64,000 nucleotides of DNA, taken from the NCBI GenBank assembly GCA_964016885.1, contig OZ024748.1, positions 3,968,001-4,032,000 of the forward strand. Direction: 5' to 3'. Positions 13,969 to 28,165 of this stretch are shown piece by piece. The notes beneath the pieces were generated by a model. It searched no databases. It worked only from the letters and a program-made list of their open reading frames with translations, and was not told the origin of the DNA. Position 1 is the stretch's first letter, and the number at the start of each line of letters is the position of its first letter. The stretch is from Eledone cirrhosa. Its lineage: Eukaryota. A program made the position numbers and the translations under genes.

Positions 13969-13970
<2 letters not shown>
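13767..13970 (+). mobile_element. Hairpin-plus-tail element in (TA)n (family also at 19093, 20491, 57186, 63627)
   Basis: Arms 13767-13820 / 13835-13888, followed by an ~80-bp conserved tail. Five copies in the window. Confidence 0.85.
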
Positions 13971-14002
<32 letters not shown>

Positions 14003-14090
14003 TATTATATATATATATATATACATACGTACACGTATATGTGTGTGTGTGTGTATATGTGTATATATATGTGTATATATGTATATATGT

Positions 14091-14180
14091 GAAAAGTAAA
14101 CGGAAAACAAAGGAACTATACCGAAGAAATATATTAGTTTAACGCTTGATATAGTAGGAAAAGAGTCCCAAGGTTTCGAC
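14091..14180 (-). mobile_element. Fragment of the hammerhead-bearing family also at 17821, 20250 and 28131
   Basis: Shared atatattagtttaacgcttgatatagtaggaa. Truncated within GAAAC. Confidence 0.6.
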
Positions 14181-14353
14181 CCCCCCCCACACACATATGT
14201 ATGCTTCTTTTATACTAAAATATTGAGTACTTTATTTGATTGTGGTTTTTCCTATCACTTTGGAAAACCATTCGTAACTATATACACACACATAATACAT
14301 ACATAATTACACATGTATATATATATGTATACTCACACACACGCGCCCCCCTC

Positions 14354-14424
<71 letters not shown>

Positions 14425-14898
14425 TAAACATAAATTGCATTACTCTCTCCCCCATACCAACCAACAGTCCCCATCTCGTCCCGTCTCGTCCAATCTCGTC
14501 CCCCCCACGTCTCGTCACTTCATGTCCCGTCCCGTCTCGTCATGTCCGAAAGCCATCATATGTATAAGCCAATCGTTGATTTTTTTGTTGTTGCTTGCGT
14601 CCGTTCCGTAAATGCATAGCAACCGTTTCATCCTAGTGGCAAGTCCTTTAGTGACGCTAGTAACTGACATAGGTCAACAGTGAACACGAAACGTCGGTGA
14701 TCAATCAAAATGAATTCCGAAGAATAATACCAATGAAGAAGATATATTGAGTGCGAAATAATACACAAAAAACAAACAAACAAAATCGTCCGGGCCATTG
14801 GTGGTTTTCTATGTAAATTTGCACACACACACTCAGACACTCAGACATACATACACATATACACACATGTCATGTACATACATATTCACATAAATACA

Positions 14899-14984
<86 letters not shown>

Positions 14985-15026
14985 CTCTTTCTCACCCACA
15001 CACCTATATATATATATATAGGCATG

Positions 15027-15088
<62 letters not shown>

Positions 15089-15205
15089 GTAATATTATAT
15101 ATATATACATATATACATATATACATACATATATATTTATATATATTTATATACATATATATATATATACATATATATATATAGGTGTGTGGGTGAGAAA
15201 GAGTA

Positions 15206-15333
<128 letters not shown>

Positions 15334-15844
15334 TGCGTACATATTTAGTATTTCCGATAGGGGAATGAATGATTATGGATGTGGAAGGAAGGGAGGTAAT
15401 TTTGCACTTTTATCCATTTGTATTTATTTATTTATTAATTTATTTATTTAGTATAGTCAATTTGTTTTTGTTGCTCGGGAGGAGTGCCGAGGCCGAAGGT
15501 AATAGCTTACAATATCCACCATGTATATACATACATAAATACATTCATACACACACACACACACATATATATATATAGCTTGATATATCTAGCTGCTACC
15601 AAGATGAAAACTACTATGAAATCCCACACTGAATTTTATACTTGAATTTTCAAATCTCAAATTTTAACTCTTCTTATTAATTTTCTTAATATTAATCAAC
15701 ATTTGAAAAGATGGCTTTTGCAGACCCATCGAAACCGGTCATTTTTTATACCCTTTATTATTTCCTTACCTTATAAAATTATATGTTTTTTCACAAAAAA
15801 GTATTCTGTCTCTTATATATTCCATGTGCCATTACCAACCTCAA

Positions 15845-15957
<113 letters not shown>

Positions 15958-16013
15958 GAAGGAATGAAGAAACAACATGGATATATATATACATACATAA
16001 ATATATATATATA

Positions 16014-16219
16014 CTAGCAGTGGTACCCAGGGTTGCACGGGATAAGGTATTTTGGAACGCGGGCCGCCAATGGACCTAAAAACTGCATGCTGTCGTCCCT
16101 GGGACATAGAAAATTTTTAATTTAAGTATTACATGTGTAAAGTTTGAAAACAGTCGGTTGGGTGGTTCTCGAGTTTTAGGGATTCGAACTCACACACACA
16201 CACAGACAGACATGCTCAG

Positions 16220-16230
<11 letters not shown>
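16014..16230 (-). mobile_element. Non-autonomous Helitron-like element
   Basis: Minus strand ends in a GC-rich hairpin (16026-16041) about 8 nt before CTAG. The other end has acagacagac...tatata. Confidence 0.6.
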
Positions 16231-16260
<30 letters not shown>

Positions 16261-16281
16261 CATATATACATATATATACAC

Positions 16282-16357
<76 letters not shown>

Positions 16358-16382
16358 AGTATATATATATATATGTATATAA

Positions 16383-16467
<85 letters not shown>

Positions 16468-16468
16468 C

Positions 16469-16506
<38 letters not shown>

Positions 16507-16507
16507 T

Positions 16508-16616
<109 letters not shown>

Positions 16617-17030
16617 CTTTCCAATCAAACGTTCTTTTGGCCATCTTCTCCATCTCATCCTCCGCCATCACCATCACCATCACCATCACCATCACAATCA
16701 TCATCATCACAATCACCCTTACGACGACGGTGACAACGAATATCCCCCCCCTCAACAACAACAATAACAACGTAGACGTATTTGACTGACATCTCGCAAT
16801 CCTGTGTCAACTGCTTCGTCAACCACACCCTTGACAATATCATCACCAACACCACCACCACTAACATCCCTACTACTATCACCACACCAACCACTACCAC
16901 CACCACCACCACCACCACCACTACTCCCACCATACCCCCACCCCAACCCCTCCACCACCACCACCACCACTACCACCACCACCACTACCGCTACCGCCAC
17001 CGCCACAGCCACAACATGGTGGTTGTGATG

Positions 17031-17062
<32 letters not shown>

Positions 17063-17777
17063 GATGATGGTGATGATGATGGTTTTTATAACTTTGGCAC
17101 AGGGCCGCAAAGGTTGCAAGAGTATGGATGGCAGTAAATGATAATAATAGTTTATTTGCCACAAGGGCGACAACTGAAGGAGCAAATAATAAAACAACAA
17201 CAACGACATCCACAACAGCAACAACAACAGCAACAACGACTACAATAACTACAATAACAACAACAACAACAACATTAATAAAAACAACAATCTGATAAAG
17301 GACGCTATTATTTCGCCTATAATATCTGCCATGTCGTGTGATCGGCGATAAAAAAACCCAACAAACAAACAAAAACAAATACAATACAAAACAAAACAAA
17401 GGAAAATAAAACGAAAACAACAATAATAAAATGGCGTCTATTTCGTCCAGGACGTTGTTGTTCCGCCATTTTGTTTCATAACTGTTTCTGTCCACAGTTT
17501 AGATAGGTGACATCTGCTTTCATTGTTCTAGTCAGATATCAACAGAATTATTTACATCCCATCACCTTAGTCACATTTAAAGGTGCTTTGCTCTATCTGT
17601 GATAGTGTTGTTATTGTTGTTATTGTTGTTATTGTTGTTTTTGTTGTTTTTGTTTTGCAAGGAGACGAAAAGGTTTTGTACCATGTGACGGTTTTATGAC
17701 TATTTTTCTTCTATTTAAAAAATGAATTATTTCTTTCATTTTACTTACATATTGGTGCATTAAAGACACACACTCAC

Positions 17778-17820
<43 letters not shown>

Positions 17821-17884
17821 CAAGCGTTAACCTAATATATCTCTTCCATATACTGAACCGATTGCGTTGTTATTTCTGTATACC

Positions 17885-17949
<65 letters not shown>

Positions 17950-18059
17950 TATATATTTATATATATACATACATATATAGTGTCTGTGAGGGTGTGCCGA
18001 TAGATAAACATGCATATAAACATACACACACACACATATATGTATATTATCGATTATCG

Positions 18060-18690
18060 CAGAAGATGGGAACCTGGTGTTCACAGCAGTGGGGACTTCA
18101 GTAGGTCTAGCACAGACTCAGCTGTCATTCCTCCTGTTCATCTTTTGATCTTGGACAAAGTTCTTCTCATGTGAGAAGAATCAGAGCCTATCGGGGTGAT
18201 AGAGTTTGTTCAGCAAGCATTTGACCCAGATCTCACGATTCTTCCGGGTGTTATGAGATATGAACTGCCCGCTTTCCATAATATGAGGTTTGTACAGGAT
18301 GTCTTCGTGCATCACATATCTGAGGGTCGACTCCGAAATATTGAACTGATTGGCAATTGACCTCATTGACATGTCGAGATTCAAGTTAATAAGGCCCTGA
18401 ATTTACTGAACAAACTCGACGTTTCTGACATTATCTGAGCGATGAGAATGTTTATTTATTTTATCACAGAGAGAAACTTCCCGCTAGAGGCCAGAAGCTC
18501 TTTTCTAATCATAAATACGAAGGACATGATGACATTTAAGAAGGATGCAATCTCAAAGTCACACTGGTTGGCGTCTAAGGCGATGTGACCGGGTTGACTT
18601 ATCGTCTGAAGTAAATTTAGCGACGAAAAACGAGATGATATTTAGTTAAAATTTGGGTCACTTATGTCCCTTAAAATTTTTGTTCTTAAA
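18060..18690 (-). mobile_element. Tc1/mariner (DD37D/maT-like) transposase remnant
   Basis: ORF 18181-18384 (SMRSIANQFNISESTLRYVMHEDI, HTH-like) continues as FFS(H)EKNFVQDQKMNRRND...TRFPSS, the FSDEK first-aspartate region. Contains stops and frameshifts. Confidence 0.8.
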
Positions 18691-18705
18691 TGGATGACGT
18701 TCCTT

Positions 18706-18781
<76 letters not shown>

Positions 18782-19092
18782 TATATATATAAATATATAT
18801 ATATATATGCCTAGCCAAAAGTCAAGGAAATGAGTGAGTGCAGTTTTGCGTTTGAATATGTGATAAATCAAATATAATGAGACAAGTGGAAAATGGGACA
18901 AAACACGAACAAACAGGACAGTACAGGAACGGGCGAAAAATTTAGGGAACAGGATAAATACAACAACAACAACAACAAAGATTTGCGATCGTCTGCTTAC
19001 TCCTCCAAACCGACGGTCGTTCGGTATATATATATATATATACATATAAATTAGGAAGGATTCAGTTTGAAACTGGTTAGAGCATTACTTTA

Positions 19093-19230
19093 CAGAATAC
19101 TCGATACTTGGGGTAGTAGAGTATGGTTATATTATAAAGAGTCAGGTCGGGACCCATTTCAACAGCTCGGTCCAGTCTGGAACTAGCTGTTGAAAAGGCA
19201 AGAGCTCAGCCGTCGAGTCCCGACTCGTTA
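19093..19230 (-). mobile_element. Diverged copy of the 13767 hairpin-plus-tail family
   Basis: gagctcagccgtcgagtccc, tactcgatacttggggtagtagag and an internal inverted repeat. Confidence 0.65.
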
Positions 19231-19254
19231 TAATATATATATAGTATACACTGA

Positions 19255-19544
19255 GGATGAAAAACTCAGAGCTGTATGGGAGCCTCCCAAAAGTCAGCTC
19301 AAAAGTGACACAGAGGAGACTGAGGTTAGCTGGACATGCTCACCGACATCCAGAGTTGACATTGCACTCAGTGCTCCTGTGGGAGCCCCTACATGGACAC
19401 ACTGGAAGTGGAAGACCAAGGTTAACGTATGTTGATGCCCTAAGGACAGACACTGGTCTGTTGGAGACGCAGGACATGGCAGCGATAATGAGGGACAGAG
19501 ACCGCTGGAGAGAACTCGTCCATGGATCTCAGGAATTTTACCCG

Positions 19545-19548
<4 letters not shown>
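19255..19548 (+). mobile_element. RTE-clade LINE, 3' end of ORF
   Basis: ELYGSLPKVSSKVTQRRLRLAGHAHRH...LLWEP..G....GRPRLTYVDAL...DRDRWR is a typical RTE C-terminus. Confidence 0.88.
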
Positions 19549-19580
<32 letters not shown>

Positions 19581-19600
19581 GTATCCATGCATGTATATGT

Positions 19601-20143
19601 ATGTTCTTCTGGTTTTATAATTTCACAATTTTTTTTTTTTTTTTACCAATAGAGAGAGAGTCGGTTTCTAACATAGACACAAGACTCTCTCATTGGAATT
19701 TACACACATCAACTAGGTAATTATGTATGCATGCATGTGTAGATATGGATGTGTATATTTTGAGTTGTATGTGTGCATATGTATATGCTTTGCATCTGTA
19801 CATGTGTATATGCAGTTATTAGATGCAAACTTTTTGGAATGTTTTACATATTTTTACTGTCCCATTAATGGATTGTACTTGTAATTTCCTAACTAGTTGT
19901 GTTCTTTCTGTTCCTGTGAAGCCTAGCTTCTCAAGATTTGTATTGAGGCAGTTACTAACATATCCCAGTGCCCCAATAATCACAGGTATAAATCTGAAGG
20001 TGTAATCAGGGTGGAGTATCTGCAGATTTCTCATCAGTTCTGCATAAATATTCTCTCTTTCACTAATCTTTGATATTATATTGGCATCTGCTGGGCAGCT
20101 AATTTCCACTACTGTGCATGTTTTCTTCTCCCTGTCCCATATC

Positions 20144-20145
<2 letters not shown>
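19601..20145 (-). mobile_element. R4/Dong-like non-LTR retrotransposon, 5'-truncated: restriction-like endonuclease end plus 3' UTR, in (CATA)n
   Basis: IWDREKKTCTVVEISCPAD...YAEL...IPVIIGALG is the RLE domain pattern. The 5' junction abuts a (TATG)n array. Confidence 0.88.
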
Positions 20146-20174
<29 letters not shown>

Positions 20175-20335
20175 TGTATGTATGTATGTATGTATGTATG
20201 TATGTATGTATGTATGTATGTATGTACGTATGTATGTATGTATGTATGTAAAAGGTAAACAGAAATAACAACACAATCGGTACAGTATATAGAAGGAATA
20301 TATTAGGTTAACGCTTGAAATAGCAGGAAGAGGGT

Positions 20336-20370
20336 CTTAATGTTTCGGACGCTAGTTTTTCATCAGAAGG
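20336..20370 (-). ncRNA. Decayed hammerhead ribozyme
   Basis: Reverse complement reads CTT-CTGATGA-aaaac-tagc-GTCC-GAAACATT-AAG. Stem II is broken relative to the homologue at 28131. Confidence 0.6.
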
Positions 20371-20490
20371 AAGAATGAGAAATAAGATAGATTGAGGGGA
20401 CGGGCGGGATGGAATTGGAAAACATTTCTTTAGATAAAAATAACAGGTCCATTCATTTTGACATCGCTTGGATCTATATATATATATATA

Positions 20491-20615
20491 TAACGAAGGA
20501 AATGTGGTAAGGAACCAGATGGACCATAACGCACCAAAGTACTCAATACTTAGGGTAGTAGTCCAGAATTAGCCGTCGAAACGGCTTGAGCTCAGCCGTC
20601 GGGGTCCCACTCGTT

Positions 20616-20619
<4 letters not shown>
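20491..20619 (-). mobile_element. Internally deleted copy of the 13767 family
   Basis: Reverse-complement tail joined directly to one hairpin arm. TA flanks. Confidence 0.8.
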
Positions 20620-20677
<58 letters not shown>

Positions 20678-21049
20678 CATATGTATGATATATTTCAGAG
20701 GAACAAAAGTAAAGAAATTTCTCCAACAATTTAAGATATCATTCTTCTCACTATTCCGACATTAGATGACAGAGAAACCTGAGAAGGAGAAGAAAACAAA
20801 ACAAAATGAACAAAAAGAATAAAAAAAACTCTTAAAAAACACGAAACAAATAAACAAAACTATAAAAACAATAACACATAGAACCCCCACCCCTCCTATG
20901 AAAACATTAAAGCTAAACTTGTAAGTTTAAGGAACAAAGATAGGATAATTATGAAAATCAGCTGTTGATAGTAAAATATGATGTTTCATTTAGTTGTTGT
21001 TGTTGGTGTTGTTGTTGTTGTTGTGGTGGTGTTGTTGTTGTTAGTGGTG

Positions 21050-21081
<32 letters not shown>

Positions 21082-21124
21082 GGTGTTGTTGTTGTTGTTG
21101 TGGTGGTGTTGTTGTTGTTAGTGG

Positions 21125-21155
<31 letters not shown>

Positions 21156-21499
21156 GGTGGTGTTGTTGTTGTTGTTGGTGGTGGTGGTGTTGTTGTTGTG
21201 GTGGTGTTGTTGTTGTTAGTGGTGTTGTTGTTGTTGTTGGTGGTGGTGGTGTTGTTGTTGTTGTTGTTGGTGGTGGTGTTGTTGTTGTTGTTGGTGGTGT
21301 TGGTGTTGTTATTGTTGGTGTTGTTGTTCTTGGTGGTGGTGGTGGTGTTGGTGGTTTTGTAGTTATATTTACGCTTTCTTGTCTCTGTAGATATTGTTGA
21401 GCTTAGAGAAAGAAGTATAAAAGTCTAAGACGACAACAACAACAACAACAACAACAACAGTGGTTGTGGAGATGGTGGAGGTAGTGGTGTTGTTGGTGG

Positions 21500-22416
21500 T
21501 TGTGATAATGATGGTGGTGGTAGAGGTGGTTAGTAAGGTGGTGGTGATGGAAGTGGTGGTGGTGGTGGTGGTGGTGGTGGTGGTGGAGGGTTGGAGGCAG
21601 TAGTGGTGGTGGTGGTGGTGGAGGGGTGGTGGTAGTGGTGGTGGTAGTGGTGTTGGAGGTGGTTAGTAAGGTGGTGGTGATGGAAGTGGAGTTGGTATTG
21701 ATGGTGGTAGTGGTGGTAGTGGTGGTGGAGGGGTGGAGGTGGTGGTGGTGGTGGGGAGGTGGTAGTGGTGGTGGTGGTGGTAGTGGTGGTGGAGGGGTGG
21801 AGGTGGTAGTGGTGGTGGTGGTGGTAGTGGTGGTGGAGGGGTGGAGGTGGTGGTGGTGGTGGGGAGGTGGTAGTGGTGGTGGTAGTGGTGGTGGAGGGGT
21901 GGAGGTGGTGGTGGTGGTGGTGGTAGTGGTGGTGGAGGGGTAGAGGTGGTGGTGGTGGTGGGGAGGTGGTAGTGGTGGTGGTAGTGGTGGTGGAGGGGTG
22001 GAGGTGGTAGTGGTGGTGGAGGTGGTAGCGGTGGTGGAGGGGTGGAGGTGGTAGTGGTAGTGGTGATGGAGGGGTGGTAGTAGAGGTGGTAGTGGAGGTG
22101 GTAGTGGAGGTGGTAGTGGTGGTGGAGGGGTGGAGGTTGTAGTTGTGGAGGTGGTAGTGGTGGTGGAGGGGTGGAGGTGGTAGTGGTGGTGGAGGGGTGG
22201 AGGTGGTAGTGGTGGAGGTGGTAGTGGTGGTGGTGGTAGTGGTGGTGGAGGTGGTAGTGGTGGTGGAGGGGTGGAGGTGGTAGTGGTGGAGGTTGTAGTT
22301 GTGGAGGTGGTAGTGGTGGTGGAGGGGTGGAGGTGGTAGTGGTGGTGGAGGGGTGGAGGTGGTAGTGGTGGTGGAGGGGTGGAGGTGGTAGTGGTGGTGG
22401 TGGTAGTGGTGGTGGA
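21500..22416. repeat. G-rich (GGT/GGA)n compound satellite with higher-order units
   Basis: Recurrent ggtagtggtggtggaggggtggaggt. Confidence 0.9.
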
Positions 22417-22709
22417 GTATACGGTTTATTGTCGACCACATGACTTCAACTGCTGTAGGTAAGAAATATAGAAGTATATGCTAAATATTTATAATGATTG
22501 ACAGACACAAAAAACATACACACACATATATACACACATATACACATACACATATAGATACACATATGAACGTACACACACATACACATAGACACATACG
22601 TTCACACATGTACACAGATAGACACACATAAACACACACTCATGTTCGCATCTGCGTACGTATACTTACATGCATATATATATATATATACAAACATATG
22701 TATACACGT

Positions 22710-22763
<54 letters not shown>

Positions 22764-22855
22764 ATAAACGCACAAACAAACACATATATACCTATATATG
22801 GAACCATATATATATATATATATATATCAACCCTTATTATATATATATATATATA

Positions 22856-22912
<57 letters not shown>

Positions 22913-23024
22913 ATATGATGGTGATGAAGTGTATAGAATCGTTTCTCTTCTCCTTTACAGAGACATTCTCGTTGTTTCTCTCGTACACCTGGTATATGAA
23001 ATCTCATCCTCTTTTTACATAGTC

Positions 23025-23082
<58 letters not shown>

Positions 23083-24027
23083 GTATACACACACACACAC
23101 GCATATATATATATACACACACACATCTATATATATATATATCCATTTATGCAAATGCACACACCCATATATATATATATATATATACCCATTTTATACA
23201 TAAACCTACCATATACATACGTACACACACACACACACACACACACAGACACATACCCACAGACACATACCCACATATACACACAGACACAGACACACAC
23301 ACACACACACACGCACACACACACATATATATGTATATATATTTATATATATATGAACATACGTACACTATACATACAAGATATTCTCTCAAACGCAAGA
23401 ATGGAACAAAACGACCCCTCCCTCCTCTCTCAACCAGCACCACCACCACCTCCACCACCACCACCACCACCAGCACCAGCACCAGCACCACCAGCACCAC
23501 CACCACCACCAGCACCACCAGCACCAGCACCAGCACCACCACCACCACCACCACCAGCACCACCAGCACCACCAGCACCACCAGCACCACCATCACCACC
23601 ATCACAACCACCATCGCAACCACCACCACCACCATAACCATCACCACCACCACTAGCGCCACCAGCACCACCAGCACCACCACCAGCACCACCACCAGTA
23701 CCACCGCCACCATCACCACCACCACCACCAGCAGCACCACCACAACCATCACCACAACCATCACCACCACCACCAGCAGCACCACCACAACCATCACCAC
23801 CACCACCACCACCACCACCACAAACGAAACAAAACGAAACGAAACAAACAAACAATAACAAACAAAACATAACAAAAAACAAAAAAAAAAGCCATCGAAA
23901 CCAACTGAGGAATTCTGCAGACAAAAGGAAGGAAGACGTGGAAGGGGAACATTTCCGCCCATCATTTGATGGAGGAAAGTAAAAAGAATGACAAGGTTTC
24001 TCGTTTCAAGAAAACTCAACAGAATCT

Positions 24028-24720
24028 AAATATAAATATAATATAAATAAAATATAAATAAAATATAAATAAAATATAAATAAAATATAAATAAACATAA
24101 ATAGAACATAAATAAAATATAAATAAAACATAAATAAAATATAAATAAAACATAAATAAAATATAAATAAAATATAAATACAATATAAATACAATATAAA
24201 TACAATATAAATAAATTATATTCAAAATGTAAATAAAATATAAATAAAATATAAATAAAATATAAATAAAATATAAATACAATATAAATACAATATAAAT
24301 ACAATATAAATACAATATAAGTAAAATATAAATAAATTATATTCAAAATGTAAATAAAATATAAATAAAATATAAATAAAATATAAATAAAATATAAATA
24401 AATTATATTCAAAATGTAAATAAAATATAAATAAAATATAAATAAAATATAAATAAAATATAAATACAATATAAATACAATATAAATACAATATAAATAC
24501 AATATAAATACAATATAAGTAAAATATAAATAAATTATATACAAAATATAAAGAAAATATAAATAAAATATAAATAAAATATAAATACAATATAAATACA
24601 ATATAAGTAAAATATAAATAAATTATATACAAAATATAAAGAAAATATAAAGAAAATATAAATACAATATAAATACAATATAAATAAAATATAAATAGAA
24701 TATAAATAGAATATAAATAG
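24028..24720. repeat. AT-rich 10-bp satellite (ATAAATAAAA/ATAAATACAA) with higher-order variants
   Basis: Directly visible 10-bp periodicity. Confidence 0.95.
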
Positions 24721-24827
24721 AAGCAAGTCTTTGATTGACAGAAATAAAAGGCAAGAATCCATTTCAATAGAAATTCCAAAACTAAATCATAATTCTAATT
24801 TTTTGCTTTTTCGGTGTGTGGATATAC

Positions 24828-24882
<55 letters not shown>

Positions 24883-24919
24883 TATGTATGTCTCTCTCTC
24901 TCTTTCTCTCTCTCTCTCT

Positions 24920-24997
<78 letters not shown>

Positions 24998-25025
24998 AGT
25001 TATTCCGGGTTGAATCGGAGGTAAC

Positions 25026-25062
<37 letters not shown>

Positions 25063-25068
25063 TTATTA

Positions 25069-25106
25069 CGAGCTGAGGATCCGCTAAGGTGAAACAATTG
25101 TTCTCG
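25069..25106 (+). ncRNA. Minimal type I hammerhead ribozyme, apparently intact
   Basis: CGAG-CTGAGGA-T-CC-gctaa-GG-T-GAAAC-AATT-GTT-CTCG. Perfect stem I and palindromic stem III (ACAATTGT). Confidence 0.8.
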
Positions 25107-25134
25107 GTATGGTGAACTAACTGTTGAGTAATCA

Positions 25135-25197
<63 letters not shown>

Positions 25198-25249
25198 TCT
25201 TTAACCTGTTCCAGCCACCCGGCTGAGGCCATGCTGGGGCACCGCCCTT

Positions 25250-25285
<36 letters not shown>

Positions 25286-25704
25286 TATATACATCTGTCT
25301 CTGTCTGTCTATCTGTTTGTGTCTCTCTCTCTCTCTCACTGTGTGTGTGTGTTCAGTTGTTGCGCTTTTGCTGATGGTGTTGGTGTTAGTGTTGATGATG
25401 GTAGTGGTGGTGTTGAAGTTGATGTTGGTGTTGGTGTTGTTGGTGGTGTTGCTGTTAGCAATGTGTAGGCGTTGGTGTTGGTGTCGGTGTTCTATATCAT
25501 CATCATCATCATAATCATCATTATCATCATCATCATCATCATAATCATCATTATCATCATCATCACCACCACCACCACCACCACCACCACCACCACCACC
25601 ATCACCATCACCACCACCACTACTACTGTTGCTGCTATTGATGTTGTTTGCTGTTAATGTTGTTGTTGTTAATGGTTCTTTTGTTGTTGTTGTTAATGGT
25701 ACTT

Positions 25705-25736
<32 letters not shown>

Positions 25737-26248
25737 ACTGCTGGCACACATCGTCTCTATCCAGTGCACGCCATTTTGGGATGCCGCCATGTTGGTCATT
25801 GGTCGTTGATATTGTAGGTGACTGTTTACAACTCTGGCGGCAATAATAACTATTTATGAAGGTGGTAAGGGGCAACCAAGTGGATGTAATATTATTATTA
25901 TTATTATTATTAGTAGTAGTAGTAGTCGTAGTAGTAGTAGTAGCAGGAGGAGTGAAGAGTAAGAAAGAGGAGGGGTGAAAAGGAGCGGGTAGAGAATGGA
26001 GAGTAAGGTGAGCAAAGAGTATTCGCTCGTAACGTTCAAGTCACGCAATGTACGGTCGTGATTGGTTGGCTGGTTTGGCTGGTTGGTTTTGACCAGATTA
26101 TTGCTATTGTTGTTGTTGCAGTTGTTGTTGCTGTGGTTGTTGTTGTTGTTTTTGTTGTTGTTGTTTAGCACCATCTCAGTTGTTTTTTTTTATCCCTGTT
26201 TAATATGGTCTTAGTTGCGTGGTTTTTTTTTTACACCCCCTCTCTCTA

Positions 26249-26322
<74 letters not shown>

Positions 26323-26474
26323 GCTAGCTAGCTAGCTAGCTATCCCTCTCGGTACCTGTCTGTTTGCCTGTCTGTCTGTCTGTCTGTCTGACTCTCTCTA
26401 TCTCTCTCTCTCTATATATATATATATGTGTGTGTGAAAGTTAACTATTTATATTAACAGTTTGACTTAACTCG

Positions 26475-26522
26475 GGACTACCAGAGGTTTCAAGACGAAA
26501 ACGCGACTGAATCATCAGGTTC
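26475..26522 (-). ncRNA. Hammerhead-like motif, partly decayed
   Basis: Reverse complement reads GAAC-CTGATGA-...-GAAACC-tct-GGTA-GTCC. Stem III has 3 bp, stem I pairs 3 of 4, stem II is weak. Confidence 0.5.
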
Positions 26523-26660
26523 ATTTTGATACACATGCTCAAACAATAGCAAACATTTACATGTCCGTGTCTATCGCACATGATTATAAAGTAGAGATAA
26601 AATATTTTACAAGTAATCCTGTTGATGGCATCATAGGATTTATTGGACAAACATACGCGC

Positions 26661-26776
<116 letters not shown>

Positions 26777-26850
26777 ACTTCCTCCAAGCGCGAACCTAAT
26801 ATAACTGTGATTTTTGCCTTCTGTGTTTTCTTGCTGTTTCATTTATTAAC

Positions 26851-26909
<59 letters not shown>

Positions 26910-27385
26910 TATATATATATGTATGTATATATATATATGTACATGTATGTATATGTATTCTCGTGGATGTAAATATATACTCGTCTACAAGTATGTGCGA
27001 GTGCCTGTGCCTCCGTGTGCCTGTGTGTGTTATAACCACATTAAAGTTATGATATGGAAATATCATACGACCTATATCATATAACACGATGGCATAACCA
27101 GAATTTGCTCACATTTTATTTCTCGTTAGTCTTCCCCCCTCCACCTTCAGTCCTAACGTTAGCCTCATTCTCACACAGAACATGACCCATGTCACCCAAC
27201 CCTCACCCACACCAACCCACCCTCTAACTCAATGCAACAAGGCGAGGTCAATGTCATGACCTCTGACCTCCAGAAATTAATAGCCCCAATACATCTCCCT
27301 ATAGTCTTTTTATATTTTCCGGTAGTGGACAGTTCCAGCTTCGGTTTACAGAAGTGTATTCTCTCTTGCTTTGGACATTGTCTGT

Positions 27386-27431
<46 letters not shown>

Positions 27432-27507
27432 ACACAAACGCATACACACACACACACATGCACACACACATGCACACACACATGCACACACACATGCACA
27501 CACACAT

Positions 27508-27547
<40 letters not shown>

Positions 27548-27655
27548 ACAAACATACACAAACGCATACGCACACACACATACACACAAAAACATACAAA
27601 CCTTACTTTCTTATGTGTGTATGTGTGTACATGAATATATATATATATATATATT

Positions 27656-27698
<43 letters not shown>

Positions 27699-27714
27699 AC
27701 GCATATATATATAT

Positions 27715-28008
27715 TAGAAAGTGAGGTTTTATTACAAAATGAAAAATAACCGAGGTGTCCTACACGAGTGAAAGTATAAAGAAAAAAGGATGAAATCGAA
27801 AATGCAACTGGAGTCTTATTTTTTAAAAAATATATATATTTATTTGGTTCCTTTACCGGTTTCGCAGTTCTTCTGCTTTTCAAAAGTAGAGTTGATATGG
27901 AGGGTCTGTCTCACAGATGTGAGAAAAACCACAAACCCTCCACCTCAACTCTACTTATTTAAAAAAAAATAAGACTCCAGTTGCATTTTCGATTTCATAT
28001 TTTTTTCT
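27715..28008 (-). mobile_element. Nested palindromic module in (TA)n
   Basis: Outer arms 27781-27830 / 27958-28007 and inner arms aagtagagttga..ggagggt / accctcc..tcaactctactt. The hammerhead is present in only one arm. Confidence 0.7.
27851..27886 (-). ncRNA. Hammerhead ribozyme, U3-A8 core variant
   Basis: Reverse complement reads CTT-TTGAAAA-GCAG-aagaa-CTGC-GAAACCGGTA-AAG. Confidence 0.7.
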
Positions 28009-28130
28009 ATATATATATATATATTAACTGACTGATCATATACTTATTTTTTCTTCAAAACATCTTTTCTCCGCTTCTTCCCATACCTACTCTTCTCTCT
28101 TTCTATTTCATCTTTTATTTCTAATTCTAT

Positions 28131-28165
28131 TTTCTGATGAAGGACTAGCGGTCCGAAACTTTAAG
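28131..28165 (+). ncRNA. Hammerhead ribozyme motif
   Basis: TTT-CTGATGA-A-GGAC-tagcg-GTCC-GAAACTTT-AAG. Confidence 0.7.
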
